A DNA stretch of 64,000 nt, from positions 2,656,001 through 2,720,000 of the forward strand of contig CAVWVQ010000003.1 of assembly GCA_963758525.1 (NCBI GenBank), given 5' to 3'. This document shows positions 42,334-50,424 of the stretch, piece after piece. The translations under genes and the position numbers were made by a program. Source of the stretch: an uncultured Phycisphaerales bacterium. GTDB lineage: Bacteria > Planctomycetota > Phycisphaerae > Tepidisphaerales > Tepidisphaeraceae. Below the pieces are notes generated by a model that was not told where the DNA came from, did no database searches, and saw only the letters and a program-made list of their open reading frames with translations. Numbering within the stretch: the stretch's first letter is position 1; every line of letters starts with the position of its first letter.

Positions 42334-44688
42334 CTATTTCGTCACGCTCAGCACGATCATTCCCACGATGCGCGTGGCGACTTCGGGGGTGTAGCCGACC
42401 ACGCCGTCCACATCTTCGCCAACCAGGCCGTTGGTGAGATCTTCGCGGCTGAAAATGATGGCGTTTTGGTTGTTGATTTTCATGACGCGCAGCCGCAGGC
42501 TTCTGGTCCCGCCGAGCACCTTCTGGGCGAAGGCGCGGTAAATCGGACGATCGCCCAGCCCGGGCGGATGAAGGGGATCGTCATCCGGGATGGTTATTTT
42601 CAGCTGATCCGCCGCCGGACCGAACGCGCTGCTCAGTCCGGTTTCCATGGAATCGGCAAACGCCGAAGAACCTCCGGCCGCGTCGATCAGCAGCGTCCCG
42701 CCGCGGTTGACGAAGTTTTTGATCTCGTCCCACTGCTGGGCGGTGAAGTCCACCTGGGCAGTCCCAGTAAGAGTTGCCAGCTTGAATTTGCCGGGATCGA
42801 GCTGGCCATGTCCCAGCTCGACGGTGGTGAACTTGTCGTCTATTTTATCGACGTCGTGATTGATGGCGGACATGTTGCGCCAGGCGCCGGGCTCGGGGTC
42901 CCAGTTGCCGGCGTAGGAAACTCGCGCGATTTGCAAGCTGCGCGTGGTGGCTATCGCGGGGTTCACCTCAATGTGGATGGAATTCCGCTTGTAGCGGATG
43001 CCGGTGCGTTCGGTGGCATATTCGAGGATGTCCACTCCCATTCCGTAGGGGATCACGTTCCCCTGGTAGGGCACCTGCCAGACGCGTGAGGGGTCCTGCT
43101 CGGGCGCCAGGATGACCAGTTCGCGAACCCCGTTGCTGAGTCCCAAAAGTCTCGGTTTGTTCGGCCATTTCTTCGTCGGGTACTGCTCGTTGGTAAAGAT
43201 GAGATGATTTCCCGGCAGCTCGCGAAATTCGTACCTGGGGAACATTTTTGAGCAGGCGCCTTTGAACGATTGCGTAAAGGATTTGCTGCCGCAGTCGGCA
43301 TTGGCTAGAAGCATTCCACCCTCCTCGACAAACTGGCGGAGCCTGGCGATGTCGCCGTCGCTCAGCGCCAGGGGCAGGGAGCCGGCCAGGTAGACAATCG
43401 GCGCCTCGTGCAGTTCCGCAACTGGCGTGGCGAGGGAGACGATGTTCCATTTGAGCGGGGTTTCCGTCTGGGCCGACATCCAGTGGCTCAGGTTGAACAT
43501 GTCGCGGGGGCGCTGGTTCCAGTGATCGGGCACCGGCTGTGCGCCCTTTTGCGGAGGAATGCTGGCGTAGGTGAGTTTGTCGATCACGACCGGAGCGTTG
43601 CCGTTGCTGAGAAAGAGCAGCGCGAATGCCGTTCCCGGAATGTTGCGGACGTTCATCCCCCAGATCTGTGTTGGATCGCCGAAAGATCCGTCAGGCTTTT
43701 GATCTGACACGAGGTGGTTGGAGCCGCTCTCAAACCAGTTGATGTTGCCGAGATACTTGTATCCCGACGCGACGCCGATGCGCTCGATTCCGTAGAGCGC
43801 ATACAGATGGGCAATGTAGTCGCGGCTATTGCGGTCCCCGGTGTAGATATGATCGAAATTCTGCGTGATCCATTTCATTCCCTGCTCGATATTGGCGTCC
43901 CTGGGGTTGCCATTGCATTCGCGCTCCTCGGCGGCGTGAACATAGTCGTGGGTGATGAACAGCGTGGCGACGCCGGCGCAGGTCATGGGAACGCTATCGT
44001 CCCCCCCATTCCCGCCCCCGTGCATGATGTAGGCCCATCCCCCGGCCTGGCTTTGATGGCGGCGCCACGCCTGGTCCATCGCGTCCCAGGTGGCCATGCC
44101 AACTTCGGCGTCATCCTGCGCCAGCGCCCACAAACCCAGCACCCCATATTGGCTGATGCTGTGGTCGTATGTGTCCGGCGGCATATTCGGATAGTGAAAC
44201 AGGCCGCGCGCCTCGCCTGCTGCTTTGATCAGGCTTGTGAGGTGAGCGGCGTCCTTAACTTCGAGGCTGCGCAACTCCCTGTTCTCGCCAAGGAACGACC
44301 ATATCTGGGCGCGCACGCCCAGAACATAGACATTGTCCGATTTTAGATGCATGAGGTATTGGATCGCCTTCGCCAAGCGCGCCGATGACGAACTCTCCCC
44401 ATCTGCCAGCAATGCGTAAGTTGCGATGGCCGTCAGGCCGCCCTCCGACTGGTGGGGCAATCCCGGATATTCCCAAAGTCCGCTGGGCTGCTGGACGCTG
44501 TACAAATAATCCTTCGCCCGGTTCATCGCGTTGCGGATTTGCTCGTCGCTAGCCGCCGCCGCCCCGGGGGCGATGATCCCAATCGCAAGTAATGCCAGGG
44601 CAATTCTCAGCCGCAGAAAGAAACTCCGACCGGCCGGTTGTGACGTTGACCCAGCAGGGCATCGGGCGGGGAAGGTCTGATCGATCAT
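42334..44688 (-). CDS. Secreted protein with prenyltransferase/squalene-cyclase-like repeats and two DUF4159-like domains
   Basis: YLYSVQQPSGLW, QYGVLGLW, QSQAGGWAY, QKPDGSF; LRQFVEEGGMLLA..F; NFVNRGGTLLID. Confidence 0.75.
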   Translation of the reverse strand: MIDQTFPARCPAGSTSQPAGRSFFLRLRIALALLAIGIIAPGAAAASDEQIRNAMNRAKDYLYSVQQPSGLWEYPGLPHQSEGGLTAIATYALLADGESSSSARLAKAIQYLMHLKSDNVYVLGVRAQIWSFLGENRELRSLEVKDAAHLTSLIKAAGEARGLFHYPNMPPDTYDHSISQYGVLGLWALAQDDAEVGMATWDAMDQAWRRHQSQAGGWAYIMHGGGNGGDDSVPMTCAGVATLFITHDYVHAAEERECNGNPRDANIEQGMKWITQNFDHIYTGDRNSRDYIAHLYALYGIERIGVASGYKYLGNINWFESGSNHLVSDQKPDGSFGDPTQIWGMNVRNIPGTAFALLFLSNGNAPVVIDKLTYASIPPQKGAQPVPDHWNQRPRDMFNLSHWMSAQTETPLKWNIVSLATPVAELHEAPIVYLAGSLPLALSDGDIARLRQFVEEGGMLLANADCGSKSFTQSFKGACSKMFPRYEFRELPGNHLIFTNEQYPTKKWPNKPRLLGLSNGVRELVILAPEQDPSRVWQVPYQGNVIPYGMGVDILEYATERTGIRYKRNSIHIEVNPAIATTRSLQIARVSYAGNWDPEPGAWRNMSAINHDVDKIDDKFTTVELGHGQLDPGKFKLATLTGTAQVDFTAQQWDEIKNFVNRGGTLLIDAAGGSSAFADSMETGLSSAFGPAADQLKITIPDDDPLHPPGLGDRPIYRAFAQKVLGGTRSLRLRVMKINNQNAIIFSREDLTNGLVGEDVDGVVGYTPEVATRIVGMIVLSVTK

Positions 44689-44787
44689 CGACGGCAGCTC
44701 TCGGTCGCAGGATCATACTTGACAATTGTGGAAGAACGTTCGGGCGTGAATTAACCCGACCGGTCCCACACGGGAATTCTGCAAGGC

Positions 44788-47700
44788 CTATATCCCTGGA
44801 AGTTCTCTGCTCCGCCGGCGGCGGGCGCTCAGCATCGGCAGCGCGCCGGCGAGCATCAGCATCGCCGAGCCGGGTTCGGGAGCGGCGTTGTAATCGAGGA
44901 CCAGATCGTAGGTACCGGAGACATTGACAAACTCCAGCGAGAAGATGCCTGTGGGCGGCGTGGCACCATTAATCGTCAGGCCGCTGCCGAAGTTGGATGT
45001 GTCGAGGGCAAAGACGTTGCTGCCGCTGCCGCTGGGAGTCGTCGTCAGCAGATTTGCGGTGCTGGTGCCGGACGTTGTGGTCAGTGAGCCGGCGGACGTT
45101 CCCGGCAGCGATGGAATGGTGTTGGACTGTCCGATGATCCAGCTATAGGTGCTCGTGTTGCTGGCGGTTGTCAGAGGACTGAGGTTGGCGGCCGCGATCG
45201 TGAACGGCTGATTTGATCCGCCCGACGAGACGGTCAGCCCGCTCATGCTGATGTCGTCCCAGTTCACGCCAGGCGTACCGCTGGCGCCGCTTCCGGGCGC
45301 CGCCGGTGTGGTTCCCAGCGCGGCGATCTTCCATTCGTAGGCCGCACCGCCGTTCCATGTCTCGTTACCCGTGGTGAGCTTTCCCGAGGTGAGGGCGTCC
45401 GCTCCCGCGGTGATGATGCCGCCATTCCTGGCAGCGGCATTTCCGGTGAGGGTGACCGCTCCTTTGACGGTGCCATTTCCACCAAGAATGCCGCCGGTAT
45501 AGGCGGTGCCGTTGCCTATCCCCACCGTCACGCTGCCGTTGCCAGTTGAGCTGGTGGCATTGTTAGCGCGAATTGTGCCAGCCGATATGGTTGTTCCGCC
45601 GGCATAAAGATTCTGCCCCGACAGCGCCATGGTGCCGGCGCCCGTCTTGGAGATTCCCGATCCGCCATTCTCCGCGATCACGCCACTCACGTTTAGATCG
45701 GTTACGGCGGCACCTTTGGCCACGCTGAACCCCAATGTCCCGCTGCGAATGACGAGCGGTGCGCTGATGGTTGATGTCGTGGCACTGGCGTTGGTGGTGA
45801 TCCCGAATCCCGAGCTGAAGTTGTAGCCGTGCATTCCATCGAACGCGCCGGTTTGCGACATCGTTCCGCCGGTGAGCACGAAGTTGGTGATGAAACCGTT
45901 GTTATTGGTGTTGACCGAGTTGTTGAGGGTGCCGCCGTTGATGTTCACCGTGGGCACCGAAGTGCCGCTGCTGTACCCAAGCGCATCATTGGCAGTCAGG
46001 CTAACAACCGCTCCAGAACTAATAGTGAGCGTGCCTCGAATGGTGCCAGCGGAGCCGCCGGTCGCCAACGTCAATGTTCCAGCACTCACTGTAGTCGCGC
46101 CCGTATAACTGCTTGCGCCGGACAGGGTCAGCGTCCCAGATCCGACCTTTATTAACGCGCCCGACGAGCCGTTGTCCTGGATAATGCCGCTGAACGTCGT
46201 GCTCGCATTCAGATTCCCGATAGCGAGATTACCCGCATCCTGGAGATAGCCGAAACCTGCGAGAGAACCAAAATTCACGGTCTCGCCGCCACTGACACGG
46301 AAGCTGGAACTCGCGTTGTTGCCGCTATTGCTGAAGACAACACTCGCATTGGAAAGGTCGAGAGTGGTAGTTGGTGCGAAGACGTTGACAGTTTTTTGAG
46401 TCCCGGCGGAAGTACTGTAGGTCAACGTACCTGTGAATCCGCTCCAGTTCACCCCGCTGCCGAGAAACACGGATAGAGCGGTGCCGCTCGAGTTTTGAAT
46501 CGTCGCACCTCCGCTGCCGGTCAAATTGCCGTTGATGGTTGAACCCCCAATGATGTCGATCGTTGACGAGGTGCCGGCGGCGGCAATGAGATTATTGCCC
46601 AACGTTACGGTGTTCATCTGCAGGGTGCCGCCGCTCAGGGTGACATTGCCTGTACCGAGTGCGGAATTGTTGTTCAATCGCAGTGTGCCGGCGTTGAGCG
46701 TCGTTCCGCCGCTGTACGTGTTCGACGCGGTCAAAATCGCCAGACCCGGACCATTCTTGACCAGGATCGTTGGGTGCGAACCATCAACGATTTGAACCTG
46801 GATCTCGCTGTCCGTCAGCGCTGTATTGGGATTGTAAAGAAATAATTCACCGCTGGTCAGGCCGGACGTGATATTCCCGCTTCCCTTGATCCACTTACTA
46901 TTGGCACCTTGATCGATGAGGCCACCGCTGGCGAGCGTCAGCGCGCCGTTAATCGTTATGTCGCCGCTGCCGTTTTCGATCAGCGTGTTGATCGTTCCGC
47001 CGGTGGTATTCAGGCCATCGCCCACCCAGTTCGCGGTCGATGAGGCGGTTGTTGTCGTGGCGGCGGCCGTGATGGTATAGGTGCCGCTGCTGCTGCCGCT
47101 GTGAGCCCAACTGTAGGTGCTGTTGCCGTTATCGATCACCGCCCAGCCGCCAATCATCCCGCCGTTCACATCCAAACTGGTGGTGGTAATGTTCCCCGTT
47201 GTGGTGAATTTGACGGTGCCGCCGCTGCCCGCGGTCTGCGTCAAATTGCCCAAATTGAGCGTGTCGGTGGAGACGGTGATATTGATAGCGGATTGCCCGC
47301 CCGCGTTGATCGTCGTGGTCGTAAAGGATTGCGAGTTCGTGCCGGCTTTCGAGTAATTGAATGTCCCGCCACCGAAGTTCAGGGCCGTTGAGCTCAGGGA
47401 GCCGGTGAGCGTGAGCGTACCGGCGTTAATGGTGGTAGGGCCGGTATAACTTTCCGTGTTGGAGAGTGTGAGCGTGCCCGTGCCGGTTTTCGTGAATCCG
47501 GCGCCGGAGTCGGAAATCACCGAGGCGATGGTTGCCGTGCCGGCGATGTCAAAGTTACCCCCGGCAGCGAGAGTAAGATTCAAAGTGCCGGTGCTGGCGT
47601 TGCCGATGGCAAGGTTGCCGCCGGATGCGATGTATAGGAGGTCGCCTGCGATTCCGGAAACCGAGTTGTTGCCGCCGTTGAGCGTGATCGTGCTGGTGCC

Positions 47701-48057
47701 GCTGCCGTTGGTGTTGTTGATGCTAAGCGTTTGCGTCGCGTCCAAGTCATTAAGCGTGCCGATGTTCAGGTTGAACGAGGGGGCATTCAGCGTGAATGCC
47801 GTGGGGGAATAGGTGGTATTGGTGAATTGGATGTCATTGGAAGTGAGTGGCGCACCACCACTAAAGCTTCCATTGCTCGTCAAGTCGGCTGAACCGTTGA
47901 GGACGCTGTTGGCCGTGTTCGCGCTCGCTCCCACGCTGCTTACAACAGTGGACAACGTCGCGGCCGCGGCCAGCGAAAGCCGTCTCATTGTCTTGTTGCG
48001 GCGAGCCAATTGGGGGGAAATGGTTCTGCCGCCGATGAATCCGTTGCGAACTTGCAT
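44788..48057 (-). CDS. Autotransporter-associated beta-strand-repeat surface protein with PEP-CTERM (cassette B)
   Basis: Paralog of 28675; TKTGTGTLTLSN repeats; APEPG..RRRRSR tail. Confidence 0.9.
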   Translation of the reverse strand: MQVRNGFIGGRTISPQLARRNKTMRRLSLAAAATLSTVVSSVGASANTANSVLNGSADLTSNGSFSGGAPLTSNDIQFTNTTYSPTAFTLNAPSFNLNIGTLNDLDATQTLSINNTNGSGTSTITLNGGNNSVSGIAGDLLYIASGGNLAIGNASTGTLNLTLAAGGNFDIAGTATIASVISDSGAGFTKTGTGTLTLSNTESYTGPTTINAGTLTLTGSLSSTALNFGGGTFNYSKAGTNSQSFTTTTINAGGQSAINITVSTDTLNLGNLTQTAGSGGTVKFTTTGNITTTSLDVNGGMIGGWAVIDNGNSTYSWAHSGSSSGTYTITAAATTTTASSTANWVGDGLNTTGGTINTLIENGSGDITINGALTLASGGLIDQGANSKWIKGSGNITSGLTSGELFLYNPNTALTDSEIQVQIVDGSHPTILVKNGPGLAILTASNTYSGGTTLNAGTLRLNNNSALGTGNVTLSGGTLQMNTVTLGNNLIAAAGTSSTIDIIGGSTINGNLTGSGGATIQNSSGTALSVFLGSGVNWSGFTGTLTYSTSAGTQKTVNVFAPTTTLDLSNASVVFSNSGNNASSSFRVSGGETVNFGSLAGFGYLQDAGNLAIGNLNASTTFSGIIQDNGSSGALIKVGSGTLTLSGASSYTGATTVSAGTLTLATGGSAGTIRGTLTISSGAVVSLTANDALGYSSGTSVPTVNINGGTLNNSVNTNNNGFITNFVLTGGTMSQTGAFDGMHGYNFSSGFGITTNASATTSTISAPLVIRSGTLGFSVAKGAAVTDLNVSGVIAENGGSGISKTGAGTMALSGQNLYAGGTTISAGTIRANNATSSTGNGSVTVGIGNGTAYTGGILGGNGTVKGAVTLTGNAAARNGGIITAGADALTSGKLTTGNETWNGGAAYEWKIAALGTTPAAPGSGASGTPGVNWDDISMSGLTVSSGGSNQPFTIAAANLSPLTTASNTSTYSWIIGQSNTIPSLPGTSAGSLTTTSGTSTANLLTTTPSGSGSNVFALDTSNFGSGLTINGATPPTGIFSLEFVNVSGTYDLVLDYNAAPEPGSAMLMLAGALPMLSARRRRSRELPGI

Positions 48058-48115
48058 GTCTCTCCGCCGGTTTTATTCGAACTGCCCACGGCGATGCACA
48101 ACCCGCCGTTCTCCC

Positions 48116-48146
48116 CTATGTCGCAGGCGGCACCCGAATCGTTACA
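48116..48146 (-). promoter_or_regulatory. Putative ECF promoter for surface-protein gene B
   Basis: TGTAACGAT-N14-CGACATAG on the minus strand. Confidence 0.7.
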
Positions 48147-48198
48147 AAAAATTGAGAATTCGGTTTCCCCGTCAGATTCTTCGCCGATGCCATTTTTG

Positions 48199-48229
48199 TG
48201 TAACGATTGGAAGGTTGGCTGCGACGTAT
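48199..48229 (+). promoter_or_regulatory. Putative ECF promoter for sigma operon B
   Basis: TGTAACGAT-N14-CGACGTAT on the plus strand. Confidence 0.7.
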
Positions 48230-48294
48230 CTGCAGGCAGTATGATGCGTCGATGACGTTGGCCTTGCGTCCCAGAGACGCATTCGAGTGTCCGA

Positions 48295-48819
48295 ATGAAT
48301 GAATCAATCGAGGATGTTGCCAGGAAATGGGCTGCGGCACAGCCGCTGGTTGCTTCGTTTATTTCCTTGATTGTATCGGACTTCCATAACGCACAAGACG
48401 TGCTGCAGGAGGTCGCGGCGGCGGTGTTGTCTCACGACCCATCCCGCAGCGTCCCCGAGTCGTTTAACGCGTGGGTCATTGGGATCGCCCGTCATAAGGC
48501 GTTGGATTTTCATCGCCGTCAGACCCGCGACAAACTGGTCTTTGACTCAGAGGCGCTGTCGATCCTCGCCGAGGTGCATCAGGAGGTTCGCCAGGACCAG
48601 GGGCCGCGCCGCGAGGCCATGGAGCATTGTCTCAAGCGGCTGGCTTCCAAGGCGCGCCGGCTCATCGAACTGCGCTACCAGGATGATATGAAGCCGGGCG
48701 CGATCGCCGGGGCGATGGGGAGTAACGTCAGCGCGGTGAAGGTCGCGCTCCACCGCGTGCGGGCGGCGCTGCGGGTCTGTATTGAGGCGCGGCTCAGTTC
48801 TGGAATCGAGCTGACATGA
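48295..48819 (+). CDS. ECF sigma-70 factor (cassette B)
   Basis: Close paralog of 27946; NAQDVLQEV, FNAWVIGIAR. Confidence 0.92.
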   Translation: MNESIEDVARKWAAAQPLVASFISLIVSDFHNAQDVLQEVAAAVLSHDPSRSVPESFNAWVIGIARHKALDFHRRQTRDKLVFDSEALSILAEVHQEVRQDQGPRREAMEHCLKRLASKARRLIELRYQDDMKPGAIAGAMGSNVSAVKVALHRVRAALRVCIEARLSSGIELT

Positions 48820-50411
48820 AGGACCCGATGGCACTTCTCGACGAACACTTCGACGGCATCCTCGATGAAGCCGGGGCGGCAGAGTTGTCGGCATGGGTGA
48901 AGCAGAACCGTCGCAACGCCCGCCTTCTGGTCGATGCCGCGCGGTTGCACCAGGATCTTCGCGAACTGTTCCTTGGCCGCCGGCTTTTGGAAGAGGCGGC
49001 ATCATCAGGCACTTCGCTCCATGACGCGATGATCCTCCCCGCTATATCGCTTCCAGCCAATGATGAAGCGGAGGCGCAGACCCCTCCGGTGGCAACGGTA
49101 CCGACTCGCATTGAACCATCGACGTCGCGTTTGCGTCATCGGTACTGGAAAATCGCCGCTGCGATCGCGATCCCGATTCTGGCCGGCATCGTACTCTGGT
49201 CAGTCCTTCGCCCCGCCAAACCCGGCGGAGCTCTGGTCGCCAGCGCCTCGGCCGTTTGGGACAATGCAGTTCAGCCACCACACGACGGGCAGCCCCTTCC
49301 TGCTGGACCGCTGCAACTGGCCAGCGGGCTGGCCGAGATACGCCTTAATAACGGCGTTTCACTCGTCGTTGAAGGCCCGGCGCATTTCCAGCTTCAATCT
49401 CAGAACAGCGTCGCGCTTGAACTGGGCAAAATTACGGTAAGCGTACCTGCCACTGCCCACGGATTTACCATTCAGACTCCCTCCTCGCGCACCGTCGATC
49501 TGGGGACAGAGTTCGGCGTCATCGTGGACGACGCCGGAAATACCGAAACGCATGTCATCCGCGGCACGGTTGAAGTAACGCCCACCGCCGGTGGCGCAGC
49601 GCTGCTCTTCTCGGCAGACCACGCGGCACGCGTCGATGTCGGCGCCACTTCGGCGCAAACGATTGAGTGCCACGCGGGGAATTTTGTGCAGGACGTCCCG
49701 GCAATCGACCTTGTGGACGTCATCGCCGGCGGAGACGGGACGCAGGGACGGTCAAATAGCGGGATCGATATGGCCACTGGCAAAGCCTTGCCGGTGAAAG
49801 TCCCGGCAGGCATGAACCCCGGGCCCGAACCAACGATTCGCGGAGACGGAAAGTTCCACCCCTGCCCCTCCCTGCCATTGGGTGTCTTCATCCCGCATGG
49901 TGGGCCGACGCCTGACACAGTCGACGCTGCCGGCCACCAGTATATTTTCCCGCCCACGAGCAACCTTGCGTATCAAAACATTTGGCCCGGATCCGCCCAG
50001 CATCTGCTGGGTGGCGATTCGCCTACCACTGGTATGACCAAAGAGAATGGCTACCCGGCGCCGGGTCACCGATTACTCGAACTTCATGCCAATAAAGGAA
50101 TCACGTTCGATCTCAATGCACTGCGCACCGCTCATCCCGACCGGCCATTCTCGCATCTCGTCGCCCGTTGCGTGAATATGAATGCATATGCCGAACCAGT
50201 GATCGGTGCAATAGTCTCCGATCGATCGGAGCTTTGGATATTTGTGGATGGCGATCTCCGTGCACACAAGCTGATTCATCGCATGGACCCGCCATTCGAT
50301 GTTGACGTTCCCATCGAACCCGCTTCGCATTTTTTGACATTGGTGGTGAGCGACGGAGGAGATGGCTTCGACTGGGACGTGGTGTCGTTGGGTGATCCAA
50401 GGTTAAAATGA
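48816..50411 (+). CDS. FecR-domain anti-sigma factor with an NPCBM-like domain (cassette B)
   Basis: ATGA overlap with sigma. Close paralog of 26334. Confidence 0.85.
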   Translation: MKDPMALLDEHFDGILDEAGAAELSAWVKQNRRNARLLVDAARLHQDLRELFLGRRLLEEAASSGTSLHDAMILPAISLPANDEAEAQTPPVATVPTRIEPSTSRLRHRYWKIAAAIAIPILAGIVLWSVLRPAKPGGALVASASAVWDNAVQPPHDGQPLPAGPLQLASGLAEIRLNNGVSLVVEGPAHFQLQSQNSVALELGKITVSVPATAHGFTIQTPSSRTVDLGTEFGVIVDDAGNTETHVIRGTVEVTPTAGGAALLFSADHAARVDVGATSAQTIECHAGNFVQDVPAIDLVDVIAGGDGTQGRSNSGIDMATGKALPVKVPAGMNPGPEPTIRGDGKFHPCPSLPLGVFIPHGGPTPDTVDAAGHQYIFPPTSNLAYQNIWPGSAQHLLGGDSPTTGMTKENGYPAPGHRLLELHANKGITFDLNALRTAHPDRPFSHLVARCVNMNAYAEPVIGAIVSDRSELWIFVDGDLRAHKLIHRMDPPFDVDVPIEPASHFLTLVVSDGGDGFDWDVVSLGDPRLK

Positions 50412-50424
50412 ATTAGGTGCATAG

